A DNA stretch of 64,000 nucleotides from Sminthopsis crassicaudata (lineage: Eukaryota): positions 645,336,558 through 645,400,557 of the forward strand of contig NC_133619.1 in NCBI RefSeq assembly GCF_048593235.1, read 5' to 3'. The notes beneath the pieces were generated by a model, which was not told where the DNA came from, did not search any database, and saw only the letters and a list, made by a program, of their open reading frames with translations. This document shows, piece by piece, positions 19,001-32,500 of this stretch. Made by a program: the position numbers and the translations under genes. Positions within the stretch are counted from its first letter, which is position 1. The number at the start of each line of letters is the position of its first letter.

Positions 19001-22000
19001 GGGATGAGGGGCTAGGAAGTGGCCAGGAGGGGGACTAGGGAGTGGCCAGGAGATGGAGGGGCCAGGGAACGGCCGGGAGAGGGAGGGGGCTAGGGAGTGG
19101 CCAAGAGAGGGAAGGGCTAGGGAGAGGCCAGAGAGGGAGGGGCTAGGGAGTGGCCGGAAGAGTGGAGGGGCTGGGCGTGGCCAGGAGAGGGAGGGGCTAG
19201 GGTAGGTGGTCAGGAGAGGGAGGGGCTAGGGAGTGGCCAAGAGAGGGGGGTGGGCAAGGGAGTCTGGGGGGCCCGACCCTCCCTCACCATCGTCTTCTTG
19301 TCCGCCTTCTGGATGAAGTAGCCGGTGACCTCACTGTTGCCGTTGTCCTTGGGCGGCTGCCACTCCACCAGGGCGTTCGTGCCCCACACCTCCTTCACCA
19401 TCACGTTCTCTGCCGGCCCCGCCTTCTCTGCAGAAGGCCAGGGGCTCAGACGCTGCTCCCCCCTCCTCAGGAAGCCTCTGCCTCCTCCCCCCCACCCCCC
19501 CTCTGGTGGTCTTCCATCTTCTTTACCTTCCTCTCATTCCTACCCCCTGCCCTCCATGCTGAGCTAGCTCATCCCCCCCCCACACACACACACACATTAT
19601 AAGCCTTCCTCCCTCTGGCCTCCTCCCCAGCTCAGCTCCTCCCTCCCCCGCGCTCCTCCTGTCTCGCACCCACAACTCGGATCCGGATGATGGCCGTGTC
19701 TTTCATGTTCTCTATCTGCACACTAAGTTCGTACTCCCCAGAGTCTGAGCGAGCCGCCTGGCGTACGAAGAACACGGTATCGAAGTCGCTCGTCCGGATG
19801 TTGACACGAGACGTGTCCAGGGGCGCCCCACCCTTTGTCCAGGTGACCTGGGGTCGTGGCTTCCCCTGGGGACGAGGGAGAGGTGAGGGGACACTCTGGC
19901 TTCTGCCCCGCCCCCCCCAGCCCTAGCGCTTCATACCTGGAAAGGAATGACCAGGTTGAGCTGCTCACCCACCCTGCGAATGTACGTTTGCCGGAGGTGC
20001 CTGGGGAGCCGGATCTTAGGCTGTTCTGGAGGGAGAGAAGAGGGGTGGGAAAGGGGTCAGAGTTCAGGGTCCAAAGAAGCAGGGGCTCACTCATGGAGGG
20101 TGGGGACTGTAGTCAGTGGAGGCTCAGGAGGTTGGCTTTGGCTCATGGTGGCCATTATCAGTGGGAGGTCAAGACCGGCTGGCCAGTCTCATCTGCTGAG
20201 AGGTGACCACAAGAAGTCAGCAGTCATCCAGGGGCTACAATGAGAAGTCGGAGGTCATCCAGAGAGGATCACAAGAAATCAGTGGTCATCCACAGGCAAC
20301 CACGGTCATCCTGGAATGACCAGGAGATAGTGGTCTTAGCCCAAAATAAGCAAGACCTGACTTAGGAGACCAATCGAGGAAGTCTAAGGGGCTACATGGA
20401 CCCCTCTGGATCCCACCTCTTGAATGACCCTTCTGGATCCCATTTCTTGGACGACCCCTCTGGATCCCACGCCTCTGGATCCCACCTCTTGGATGACCCC
20501 TCTGGATCCCACCTATTGGACGACCCCTCTGGATCCCACCTCTTGGACGACCCCTCTGGATCCCACCTATTGGATGACTCCTCTGGATCCTACCTCTTGG
20601 ACGATCACTCTGGATCCCACCTTTGGATGGCCCTTCTGGCTCCTCTCCCTGGATCCCACCTCTGGTTCCTCCTCTGGATGACTCCTCTGGATCCCCCCTC
20701 TGGATGACCCCTCTGGATCCTCCTCTTGGACCCCCCTCTGGATAGTCCCTCTGGATCCCCTTCCCTGGATGGCTGAACCCCCCCTCTGGATGACCTTTCT
20801 GAACCCCCCTCTGGATCCCACCTATTGGACCCCCCTCTGGATAGTCCCTCTGGATCCCCAATCTGGATCCTCCCCCTTGAATGACCCCTCTGGATTCCAC
20901 CTCTTGGATGACCTCTCTGGATTCTCCCCTTCTGGATGGCCCCTCTGAATCCCACCTCTTGGACGACCCCTCTTGATCCCACCTCTTGGATGGCCCCTCT
21001 GGATCCCCTCTTGACCCCCGACCTCAGGGTGGCTGCTCTCTGTCAGGGAGAGGACAGGGCTCACTCACGGACGATCTCCCGGATGGTGACGGGCTGGACG
21101 AGGGTGGCCGGCTCGCTGCGGCCGGCGATGTTGACCCCGACTACGCGGAAGAGGATCCTGGCCCCTGTGGGCAAGTCCTTGACCGTGAAGCCGCAGCGCT
21201 CGACAGGCTCCGTGTTGGCGGCCACCCAGTCTTCGGCTATGGGGGAGAGAGGCGGGTTTCAGGCGGTGCGACCCTCCCAGCCGGACCCGGGGGGGGGGCT
21301 GAGCACAGGTAGAGTCACTCACAGTCCTCCAAGCAGTACTCCACGATGTAGCCGTCGATGCCGCCGGCCCCAATCCTGTCCGGGGGCCGCCACTTGAGGG
21401 TGGTCGTGGTGTCGGTGACGTCCTCCACCGTCAGGTGCAGCGGCTCGCTGGTGGGGGCTGCGGGGAGCAGAGAGGGGTGTCACCAGGGAGGGGCTCCCCG
21501 AGCACAAAATGGGGAGACCGAGGCAGGCCGGCCCCTTACCGATGGGCATGAAGGGCTTGCTGTTCATGCTGGGCTGAGAGACGCCGATGCCGTTGACGGC
21601 GAAGACGCGCATCTCATAGAGCACGCCCTCGATCATCTTGGTCGACTCGTACGTGGTCTCCGTGAAGACCTCAAAGTTGAGCTTCATCCAGCGCTGCGAG
21701 CCCTTCTTCTTCCTCTCAATGAGGTAGCCTGCGGCCAAAGCCGAGGAGCAGAGAGCATGGGGCTGGGCGGGGGTGTGGAGGGGGGACGCAGGGGGAGAGG
21801 GGCCCTGAGGACCGGATGGGGGGGCGTGGAGTGGGGGCCACAGAGGGAGCAGAAGTTGGGCCCGAAGGACCGAGCAGAGGGGCCGCTCCCAGGTGTGGGA
21901 GCCACAGAGGGAGAGGGGTCCTGAAGACCGGGTGGGGGGGCTGCCCCCAGAAGTGGGGGCTACAGGGGAAACAGAAGTCAAGCCAGGGGTCACTGGGACA

Positions 22001-25000
22001 TTGGGCGGGACCAGGGAGCTGGGTCAGGGTTTGCACCTGAGCCCCGAGTAACTCACCGGTCACAGGCTGGCCACCATCATACTTGGGGGGCTCCCAGACC
22101 AAGATGGCCCAGTCCTCCCCCACTGATGTGATCCGCACAGCCTCAGGCGGGTCTGGCACGTCTGGGGGAGGGGAGGAGGGTCAATCCTATGGAGCCCAAA
22201 GCCCGCCCCCCCAGCCCCGTCCCGGGAGCCACTCACCCACGACCTTGACGAAGATGGAGGCCGTGTCCTCGCCCGCGGGGTTGGTGACCTTGATGGTGTA
22301 CCGGGCCTCGTCGGCCCGCTCGGCCCCCTCTATCACAAAGCTGCTGTTGTCCGGCCGCTGCTCCACGTGGACGCGGCCCTCGGCTTCCGCGAACACCTGG
22401 GGGAGGGGGACGGGGAGCCTGTGCCCTGAGCCCAGCCGCCCCCACTGTCCTCGGTCCGGCCAGGGCTCCCTCGCCGGGGACCTGCACAAACCTCGGCTTT
22501 TACTCCGCAGAGGAATCGTCCGCAAGGACCCGACCCCTTTGCCCTGGCCTTAAGTGGAAGCCCCCAGCCCCAGCTTCCGGGCCCCCTCCCTGCCCCTGCC
22601 GAGCCAGCAGCCAGAAAGAGGGAGGGGCAGGAGCATCGGAGCTTCCCGGGGGTCCGGCCCCCTTCCTCCCCCTTTTTCTAAATAGATAGAGGCCCAAGGT
22701 GAGGAAAGCTCGTGGCACCCCCCTTCCAGAGCAAGGGCGGGGCGGAGCAGGGAGGGAGCTGCCCCCACCTGGTCCCCCTTCAGCCAGGTGACTGTGGGAG
22801 GGGGCTCTCCCGTGATGGCCACGTCCAGCCGCAGCTTGTTCCCGGCCACCACCACGATGACATTTTCCGCCATGTTCCCCGAGCAGTCCAAGTGGATCTT
22901 GGGGGGCTCTGGGAGCACAGGAGGGAGACAGAGTTCGGCCCCCAAATCCAGGAAGCCCAAGGCAGCCTGCCTGAGGCTGGGAGGGGAAATGTGGGCCCCG
23001 AGTCCCCCCAGGGGCCGAGTCTGAGCACCTCCTGCTGGGAGCCCCAGAATCCCAGCCCCCCCTGTCATGGGAACCCCAGGCCTCTGAGCGGTGGCCTTCC
23101 TTCCCTTCGGGGGCTGCTCACCTTGTTTGGGCACGTAATCGATCTTGATCTCTGGGAGGAGAGAAAGAGAGGAAGCTATTAGAAGTGGGCTTTCTCTGAG
23201 GGCCTCCCAGTGTGGTGAAGGAGGGCAGGAGCCGGGCAGGGACAAGATGGGGAATCGGGGCCTCCGCCGGCTGCTCTGGAAGCCATGAAGGGCCGGGGCA
23301 GGCGCCCGGTCCCGGGGTCCCCGGAAAACCGAGACTCGGACAATCGTTTGTCACCCCCAAGCTTTCAAGTGGGCGCGGACGCCCCAGCCGCCAGCCCCGC
23401 GCCTTCTGGCAACCCCATTGAATAATCATACCATCAGGAGGAAGCCGCCTGCATTGAAAAGTTAGCAAAACACAGAGAAATGTGCCCAGGCCGCAGGAGC
23501 CGCTGGGGACTCTGTCGCCCCTTTCCGATTTAAAGCCTCGGCCAGTACGCGCTCAGCGTCCCCAGCACGGCAGCGTCCCGGCACACAGTAGGTGTTCAGG
23601 CAGCGCTTGCTGACTTGCCTGCTCCATCCCTGGCAGGAGCCTGTCATCCCAGAGTCCCCGGCCCACCTCCGGGCGAAGCTCTTCAATTCCTCAATCCCAT
23701 TTGGGGGGGGATCCCACAGGGAGGACAGGCCAGACCGGGGTCCTCAGCGCCTCGCCCCAGAGCTCAGCATTTGGGGGGCACCAGGCGAGACCCCCTAGAA
23801 ACGCACTCCGTTCCAGGAGTTCCAGGCTGCCACCAGGGGGAGGGCGCTGTCCGAGGACCCTCTCCTCCAATCCAACTCTCCCCCCCAACCCTAATTAAAA
23901 GTGTTCTTGGTGCTGTGGGCAGCCCTTTCTCACTCCTTCCTAAGGACAAGCATTTATTAAGCCCCTGCTGTACACCAGGCAACAGACTCTAAATGGGGGG
24001 ATTCCATGGGAGTCCTTCCCCCTGAGGTTCCGCCACAGAGCGGGCGAGGGGCGGGGCCAGCCTCACCCAGGAAGTTGAGCTTGGCCGACAAGGTCAGGGC
24101 AAAGCCATCGGGCACGAACGTGTAATCCCCCTCGTCCTCGGGCCGGACGTCATTGATGACCAGCTTGTGGATCCTGGAGGGGGGATGGGGGATGGTGGAT
24201 CCCAGGAAGTGGGGCTGGGGAGGAGGAGGGAGTGGGAGAGGGCGGGAGAGGCCAGGGAGGGGAGCGGACCCAGCAGAGAGGCCCGGGAGGGCTCCCTCCA
24301 TGGCCCTCCCCCCCACTCCCTCCCCCTCCATGCTGACCACAGGTTCTGGCTTCCTTATGGGGGGCACCTTTATACGACAGTATTCTGCGGGGTTTATGCA
24401 AATGAAGAGATTTGCAAGTAACCTGGCGCCCTGCCGCTGTGCAGAGGAGGCAGGAGGCCAAAGCCAGGCCTGACCCCTCTGCTGACTGCCGTTGGGAAGC
24501 CCTTCCTGCCCGGCCCAGCGCCTGGGAAGTCTCAGAGGAGAGCATGGGGTCACGGTCACGCCAGGCACCCGCACGGGGGTCCCAATCAGCCTCCCTGGTG
24601 CTATGGGCCCTGGGGGGGGGGGGGGCTCTGGCCCACAGGCAGGGCTGTGTGGGAGTGGGCCCGGCCCAGCCTCTCACCGGCCCGTGTGGCTGATGGTGAT
24701 CCTCTTGCTGGGCCGCACTTCCACGCCGTTCTTGTACCACTTGCCGGTCACCTTCTCGTCAGAAACCTCGCACTTGAACACGGCCTGGTCCGAAGCCTTC
24801 ACCGTCAGGTCCGCGATGTCCTGGAGGACCTCCAGCTGCTTCTCTGCAGGGAGGGAGGGCGCATCCGGCTCCGAGCTCCTTGAGCCCCAGGGGGCCCGGT
24901 GCCATCCGCACACCTTAGGTGCTTAATAAATGCTTTCTGAATTGAGTGGAAGGCTCCTACTAAAGGACGCACTCCCTGGGAGCAGAGATCTGCTAAGGGA

Positions 25001-28000
25001 AAGTCTGACTCCCTCACAAGCAAGCACATATACACATATCCACAGCCAGATACACAGCAGGTGCTTCATAAATGTGCATGGCCTAAAACAGAATCCTCCT
25101 ACTGGCCTGTGAAAAGTGTGTCTGCTCCAGAAGTGAGCGCATAGTCCCGTATACAGTGGGTGCTTCATAAATGCTCAAGGTTAACTCAGCTGACTGGAGA
25201 GGACTTGGGAACCCCAGTCCCCTGGCCCCTTGGAGGATGGTGGCTGCTCCTCCGGCTCCCTCCCGGTCGCCCCTCACTCGCTGGCCCCCCCCCTTACCCT
25301 CCACGATAAGCTCCGCCTCACACTGGCCACCATTGGTCATGACCTTGTAGCGGCCGCTGTCCTCCTGGGTGACCTCGGTGAAGATCAGCAGGTGCTTCTT
25401 GCCGTCTTTCTTGAAGCGGTAGCGGGCCTTGTAGGAGTCCTCCCGGGTCATCTCCACGTCGTCCTTCATCCTGGGAGGGGGCGGGGGCTCAGGGCCGCGC
25501 GGCTGGGGCTCCCGGGGAGGGTGTCGGGGCCCCGCGGGACGGAGGGAGCACAGGGGGGTCCCCGGGGCACTGGGGCGGGGCCAAGGCTGGGGACACTTGC
25601 CACATGAGCTGGGCTCCCTCCTCCGACACTTCCACCATCATCTCCACGCGGTCGCCCACAAACACCTGCTGGTCCTCCAGGGGGGTGACGATGAGGACGG
25701 GGGGCTCTGCAGGGACAGTCAGTGGGGGGAGGTGGGGGGCGCTCCCCGAGCCCCTCAGCCCCCCCCAGCCTACCGAAGGCCCCACCTTTGACGAAGAGCT
25801 CCGTGAAACACTTCTCTTCCTTGACGGCCACTTCGTACGCCGCGTCGTCGGCCAGCGTGCACTTGTTGATGGTGAGGATCCTCTTCTTGCCCACATTCTC
25901 AAACACGTACCTGGTCCGGCCGCGGGAGGCTGAGGGCGGGCCCTGGTGGGCCCCGCCCAGTCCCCGCCTCCAGAGCTAAAATCCAGGTCCCGCCTCCAAG
26001 GCTAAAGCCCCGCCCCTGGCCCAGGTCCCGCCTCCAGAGCTACCCCCCCCAGGTCCCGCCTCCAGGGGTAAATCCCCGCCCTTGGCCCAGGTCTCGCCTC
26101 CAGGGTTAAATCCCCACCCCCCCCCACCCCCCGGGCCCAGGTCCCGCCTCCAGAGCTAACCCCCCCAGGTCCCGCCTCCAGGGTTAAATCCCCGCCCCTG
26201 GCCCAGGTCCCGCCTCCAGAGCTAACCCCCCAGGCCCCGCCTCCATGGTTAAATCCCCGCCCCTGGCCCAGGTCCCACCTCCAGAGCTAACCTCCCAGGC
26301 CCCGCCTCCAGGGTTAAATCCCCGCCCCTGGCCCAGGTCCCGCCTCCAGAGCTAACCCCCCCAGGTCCCGCCTCCAGGGTTAAATCCCCGCCCCTGGGCC
26401 CCAGGCCTCACCTCCAGGGTTAAATCCCCACCCCATCCCCCAGGTTCTGCCTACAGAGCTGAATCCCCACCCCCGGGCCCAGGCCCCGCCTCCAGGGTAA
26501 AATCCCCGCCCCTATAGCTAAAGTCCCATCCCCGCTCCAAGCCCCGCCTCCAGAGCCCAAAGGCCATCCTGGTGGGACAAGAGCCCCATCACCTGGTGGC
26601 CCCTCCCCACCTCCCAGGTGAGAGGTCCTGCTAAATCCTCTGCTATGGGCCCTCTGTGAACTCTGGCCTTCCCTATGGTCGGGGCCCTCCCAGCTAGGAC
26701 CCCGCTCCATGCCCCCTATACCCACTTGCTGCTGGGCTTGATCTCCTGGCCATTCTTGTACCACTTGAGGGGCAGGTCGGGGTCACTGATCTCCACCACC
26801 AGCTTAATCTTGTTCCCCTTGTCCACCTGGTAAGCCGGGTCCAGCTTCTTTGTGAATGCTGTTGGGCCAAGGAGGGACTCAGGAGGAGGAGGTCAGGGAG
26901 CAGCCTGCCCCTTGTGCTCCCCAGCTGTTTCCCCCTCCCAGCTCTTCTCCCTCCCCAGTCGTTTCCCCTCCCAGCTCTCCCCTCCCCAGCTGTTCCCCCC
27001 CCCCCCCGCAGCTCTTCTCCCTCCCCAGCCGTTTCCTCCTCCCAGCTCTCCCCCTCCCAGCTCTCCCCTCCCCAGCTGTTTTCCCCTCCTAGCTCTCCCC
27101 CTCCCCAGCCGTTTCCCCCCTCCCGGGCCATGCCCGAGCTCTGACCTGCGCTCTTCTTAACCTCAACCTTGGCCTTCTTGAGGCGCTTGAGCATCCCTCT
27201 CAGGTCCGTGATGCCGTACTGGAAGGCGATCCTCTCATACTCGCTCTTCTTGGCCCCCTTGAGCAGCTCCCAGATCTCGGGGGGCAGGCCCAGGTCATCT
27301 TCGTCCTTCTTCTTCTTCTTCTCTTCCACCACTTCCCTGCGGCCGGGAGGCTCAGAGGCTCAGGGGCAGCTTGTGGAGGGGGGGAGGAGAGGGGGGAGGG
27401 GAAAGTGGGGAAGAGGCAGGAGAGAGGGGAGGGGAGAGAGGGGAGGGGAGGACCAGGCCAAGGGCTGGCAGATGAGCTTCCCAGCACTGAGGGGAGGGGG
27501 TCACTGCCATCCCAGCCCTGGGCAGGCAGACTGGGGCCAGAAGGACAGGAGCAGGGGCCCGTGGGGGGCTCACCTCTTCTTTAAAAGTCCGCTGAAGTCC
27601 AGCTCCCCGGCATCTTCAGGTTTGCCTTCGCCTCTGCCAAGGGAGGCAGACTGTTAAAGGTTTTGTCGCCTCCTTTTACCCTCAGTAGTCCCCGGAGGGA
27701 GGGAGAGAATGGCTGTGATTATACCCATTTTACAGAGGAGCCTTGCCAGGGCCACATAGCTGCTGAGTGTCTGAGGCCTGATGGGAATTCCAGGCTTGGC
27801 TCCTGTAGGTCCCCGTGTCCCAGCACCCCTGCAGGCCCAGCACCCCCGCAGGCCCTAGCTCTGGGGTTCCCCCCTCGTGGGGCTTCCTCCCTCTCTGACA
27901 GGCCGGCCCTCGCCCCCTGGGGCAGGACGAGTGGAGGCGCAGGAGGGACTGGGGCGGTGGGAGTGGGGGCCATCACTCACGAGCGCTTGAAGCTTTCCAG

Positions 28001-31000
28001 GATGTTGTCTCCGCCTTCTTGGCTGGGGACTGAGGAGAGGAGGGAAGAGCAATGAGTGGGGCCTCCCTTGCCCCTCCCCCAAGCTCCTAGCGCCCCTCAC
28101 GCAGGACTCGGCACCTTCCACGTCGATGTTGAAGCTGCAGCTGTCGCAGGCGTCCTTGGCCTTGACCTCGCAGCGGTAGTCGCCTCGGTCCCCCACCACC
28201 ACCTTTCCAATCTGCAGCTCCACCGTGTACACCTGGGAGGGGCGGAGCTCAGCATCCCCCCTAGGGCCCGTTTTCTCTCCCAGCCCCACTGGGCCCCTGC
28301 CCCCGGGAGCTTCCAACCCTGGTGGGGGGGGGCAGGACTGGGAGCCTGGCACCTTCTCTGTGAGAGCGTGACCTCCAGCACTGACATGGGAGGTGACTGG
28401 CCCAGGGTCACTTGGACTAACGGTCTCCAAGGTAGACTGTGCCCCAGGGCTTTCTGGGAGGCTGCCACACAGTCCCAAGTGAGAGCCGCAGGAGGAGGAA
28501 AGGTCACAGCCCCCCTTCACGGTGCCCAGGCAGAGCCAAGACTGCCAGGAGGCAGTGAAGGGGCAGCTGCCGCCCCCCTCCCGGCAAAGTTGCCCCCTCA
28601 TTCAGTGGCCCCCAGGCTCGCCCAGGGACACCTGGGAGCCCTTCTTTTTGTTTTATTTTTACACTGAGGATGGGAGCAGCCCAGGGAGATCAAGCGATTT
28701 ATTTCCCCTAGAGCCCGTCCTGTGGGTTTGCCCATTGGCCAACCCAGTGCCATGGGAAAAGGCAGGCTCAGACACGTGGCCAAGATCACACAGCAAGTAG
28801 GGGGCAGAGCCAGGGCTGGGCTGGCATTGGACGGGCCTCCTACCCCCCATCTCCATCACTTGTGCTGCCCAGCCCCTCCCAGCCCCCCCAGCCTTACATT
28901 GCTCTGTGCATCATGGGTCTCCTTGAAGCTGAATCGGGCCCCGCTCTTGCTGCCCAGTTCCAGCCACTTCCCTTTGAACCATTTGATGACGGGCTTCCCA
29001 GGGAGCTCCTTGCCATTCACCTTGGCAATGATCACCACGTCCTTCCCTGGGCCGGGGTTAAGCGAACCATCAGGGGTCTAACGTCTTCACCCCTCGAGGG
29101 GCGCATCCTGGCGGGGAGGGGCCCAGCCTGCTGCCTCCCAGGCCTCCTCAGAGACCCCATCTCGAAAGCTCCCCCAGGGACCTCCCCTCCCCCGGGGATA
29201 CAGGCGGCTGGCCTGTGGCTCTCTGAGGCCCCTGGATCTCTCTGGGATCCAAGCTCGGGCCCGCCTCAGAGCTCAGCCTCCTCACCTGCCTCCACAGACA
29301 CAGTCTCTGGTTTCTTCAGGAAGATCCCCGTGGGCTCCTCGGCCGTGGGTGACTGGTCCTCAGGGGGGGCCTCTGCTCAGAAGGGAAGGAGGGTTCAGTT
29401 ATAAATGGGCCTCCTAGTCTGAGTCAGGGGCTGGCCGGAGTGGGGGCAAGCTTTCTTTGAGGTCCCTGAGAACTGGGGGAGGGCTCAGCACCACACCTCC
29501 CTCCCTCACCTTCCCAATGGGCCGTGAGTCTGCCGGTAAACATTAAACATCCCCTTTGTGTCAGCCGAGGGCCGCCATGCAAAAAACTGGTCCTCAAAGA
29601 GCTGACTAGTAGGTTGGGGGTGGGGGAGGACAATATGCAAACAAACATAGCAAATTATGTCCAGACAAGTCGGAATTCATTAAGAGGGAAGGATCTGGGG
29701 AAGAGTCCAGGACTCGGAATTTGAATCAGAAAAAGGCTGGGTCTCTCCAGACACTCTGTTTCTTCTTCTGTAGAGGAAGGGGGAGAGAGTGGATCCGCTC
29801 TTGCCTCGGTTCCCTCCTCTACCGAGTGAGAGTGGACCGGCAGACCTTCACTGAGCGTCATTTTCCCCTTTCCTCCCAGCCTTCTCCGACCCCAGTTTCC
29901 ATCCACCAGCCAACAAGCCCCAGGACAGCTCTAGAGCACTTGCAACAATGTTTCTGGATAGATACAAAGTAACCCAGGCAGCAGTTTCACATTCAGATGT
30001 GGAGGAAAGGATACAAAATCGCTACAAGGTGACTGGGAGACTACAAAGACAAAAAGGGCCCTGTCCAGACTCCAAGAGGCTTTTGTCCCTGGACAGCTCA
30101 AATGCGAGAGTATCAGATGCACATACTGAAGACCCTCTGGAGACGGGGAGCTCACTACCTTCCGTGGTTATCTCTAACTCTGAGGAAGCCCTTCTTCCTG
30201 ACTTGGAATCTGAATTGGTCTCTTGGATCCTCATGCCTTAATCCTTGGATCACGGAGTACTTTGCTAATAATTAGGGCAGAACTTATTACAAAGTATCAG
30301 ATCGTCATGGGAGACAGCTAGAGATGGAGGAGGAATGGAGAGGTGTAGGGGGACTAGAGGAGGAGGAGGATCAGAGGAAGGGGTGAGGAGAGACTAGAAA
30401 CCTGGGGGATTAGGGGAAGGGGAAAAGACTGGGGGAGGGGAAGTGGAAAGAAGAGGGGATTGAGGGGAAAAGAAGAGGGAGAGGAGTTAGAGGAAGGGAA
30501 GGGAGAGGAAGGACTTCCTAGATGCAGCAGCTAGAATAGATTCCAAACGCAGAGGGTGGGAAGGCGGACAGTGACTGGTGTCCAGTGGGCCTCTCTTGGA
30601 CAGACCTCCGGGGCCCCCCCGGCATTCTGAGACAAAGAAGCTGGGCTTTGTCAGGGGCACAGACCTCCGGCTCCGTCCCCCTGCAGGTGAGATGGAGTCT
30701 GGAGTCCCACTTACCACTAACAACTTGGTCCCCAATGGCCCTGGGGGGTTCAGGAATAGGAAGAAAAATGAGGAACGGGGATCCCCCAAAGTTTGGGGGT
30801 TCCAAGAAAGGAGGATCAGAAGACACGGTTTCCCTGATAAAGATTTGAGAGGCTCCAGGACCAGAAGGGGAGCCAGAGGGAGTCTGGGAAAAGGAGGATG
30901 AGGAAGGAGGGGTAGTTGACTGAGGAAATCTAGGACAGAGAGGAGAGGCAGTTCCAGGGAAACGTCGTTGGGGGCACAGAAGGAGCTGAGGTCCGCAGAC

Positions 31001-32180
31001 ACCTGGAGGGTAGGCCCAGCCCTGGGGGTGCTCACCACTGGGTGGTGTAGCCGGAGCCTCCTTGGCAGGGGCAGACTCTTTGGAGACATCCTTGGCTTTG
31101 GCAGCGGGCTTCTTGGCAGCTGGGGGGAGGAGGGAGGAGGGGACGGGTCACAAGTTATTAGGGAACCCAGGCATCCTGGTCCCCCAAGCCTCATGCCCTC
31201 AAGGCCCCAGTGGTGCTGAGTGGAGCCAGCCCCTCCCTCCAGCTATCCCCCAGCACCCAGAAGTGCACGATCAGGCGTTTTCGCCCCCCCCCCTCCCCCC
31301 TCTCCCCAGACACCTGCTTCCCCTCACTTCCTCTCCCATCCTCCAGGGACGGAGGGCAGGGCCAGCAGGATCCCCCTAAATAAGGCCTCGGCTCCTTCCT
31401 CGCCTCCCCCAAGCCCAGGCCAACTGCTCTTGACCTTTTTCAGCTGGGCTGGCCTGGGTATAATTAGCTTGATCTGGGGTCAGGTAACTGGACACCCATG
31501 TGCTGAGCTCAGCACCCAGCACCCAGCGCTCAGGACCCACCCAAGCACTGGCTGCCAGCATCCCGCCGGGACCCCTTGTCCCTCGGAGTGCGAGGGGCCC
31601 CCTGTCCCTGATGGGGTGCTTTCCCTCCTCCTCAGGGGCTCCCTCCCCATACCAGCTTCGGGCTCCTTATGCATGGGAGCCCCTCCCCCCCAGAACCGGC
31701 TTTCTTCTCCAGTTCTAGTCCACCTACCCATCCCTCTGCCCAAGGAGCCCTCCCCTGTCTTAGCCCCGGTGGGGGGGGTGGGCTTTCCCTTCCTCTGTCC
31801 CCAACCCTCCATCTTAGCCCAAGGGGGCCTTTTCCAATCCTCTGTCCCCCACACCCCCCATTCTGGGGGGGGGAGCCCTTTCTATTCCTCAGTCCCCACC
31901 CCCCCTAATCCTAGACTTCCTTTCTCTGCCCTTGCCCATCTCCCTCCCCACCCCACCCCCATCCTAGCCTGAGGAGGCCTTTTCCCCTCCTCATTCCCCA
32001 ACCCTCTTATCCTGGGGGGGGGGCTTTCCACTCCTCAGTCCCCACTCCCCCCTAATCTTAGACTTCCTTTCTCTGCCCTTGGCCATCTCCCTCCCCATCC
32101 CCCCCACCCTGCCTGCGTCCCCTCCGGGAAGGGCTTGGGGGGGAGGGCTGGGGGCCCCCACCTGGTTTGGGCACGGGCAT
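16063..32180 (-). CDS. MYBPC2: Myosin-binding protein C, fast skeletal type; 28 coding exons, ~1137 aa (Ig and FN3 domains)
   Basis: Exons 32180-32162, 31119-31036, 29372-29286, 29046-28898, 28232-28115, 28029-27981, 27633-27574, 27336-27146, 26858-26726, 25910-25786, 25706-25601, 25470-25298, 24843-24678, 24173-24067, 23151-23122, 22908-22769, 22396-22237, 22161-22057, 21728-21540, 21457-21323, 21236-21069, 20025-19937, 19865-19670, 19427-19288, 18093-17934, 17520-17384, 17144-16958, 16073-16063. Total 3414 nt, in frame. Motifs [42 protein letters not shown] and C-terminal CKLEVRVPQ*. Confidence 0.97.
18118..19250. repeat. Purine/G-rich minisatellite in MYBPC2 intron 24 (~25-28 bp unit)
   Basis: Tandem variants of ggctagggagtggccagagagggagg with higher-order blocks. 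Confidence 0.93.
20395..21020. repeat. Minisatellite in MYBPC2 intron 21 (~27 bp unit)
   Basis: Tandem ctctggatcccacctcttggatgaccc variants. Confidence 0.92.
25955..26555. repeat. GC-box-rich minisatellite in MYBPC2 intron 9
   Basis: Alternating caggtcccgcctccagagctaaccccc and caggtcccgcctccagggttaaatccccgcccctggcc units. Confidence 0.9.
26915..27122. repeat. Short C-rich tandem repeat in MYBPC2 intron 8
   Basis: Repeated cagctctcccctcccc / cagccgtttcccc units. Confidence 0.8.
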
Positions 32181-32500
32181 CTTAGTCTGTGGCCGGCCGG
32201 GAGCCTTCCTGAGACAGCAGGGCCCAGGGTGGGTGGCCGGGGAGGGTTTTAAGGAGGCCGGAGGCCCCGGGAGACGCCTGACTCAGCTCCCCCCCCCTCC
32301 GAATTCCCCAGGCGTTCTCTAAAGGGCGAGAAATAACAGCTGGGGGGGGGGGCAGCTCCTGGCCGAGGCCACAAGACTCTGGTTTCTGAGGCAAGGGGAG
32401 GGGAGAGGGGGGAGGGCTCTGTGGGTCCGGACACCTGGGGCTCGGGGAGGCCTCCGGAAGGGGACGCCTGGGTCCCTATTATTTGGGAGCTGCGGGGGGG
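32181..32500 (-). promoter_or_regulatory. Putative MYBPC2 muscle promoter
   Basis: TATA-like TTAAAA (32247-32252 on -), E-box CAGCTG (32337-32342) and an A/T-rich MEF2-like ctattatttg near 32476. Confidence 0.45.

Noticed and set aside
29948-30901. ORFs of 70-107 aa in MYBPC2 intron 2
   Set aside because: No recognisable homology or splice support; probably old repeat-derived sequence.
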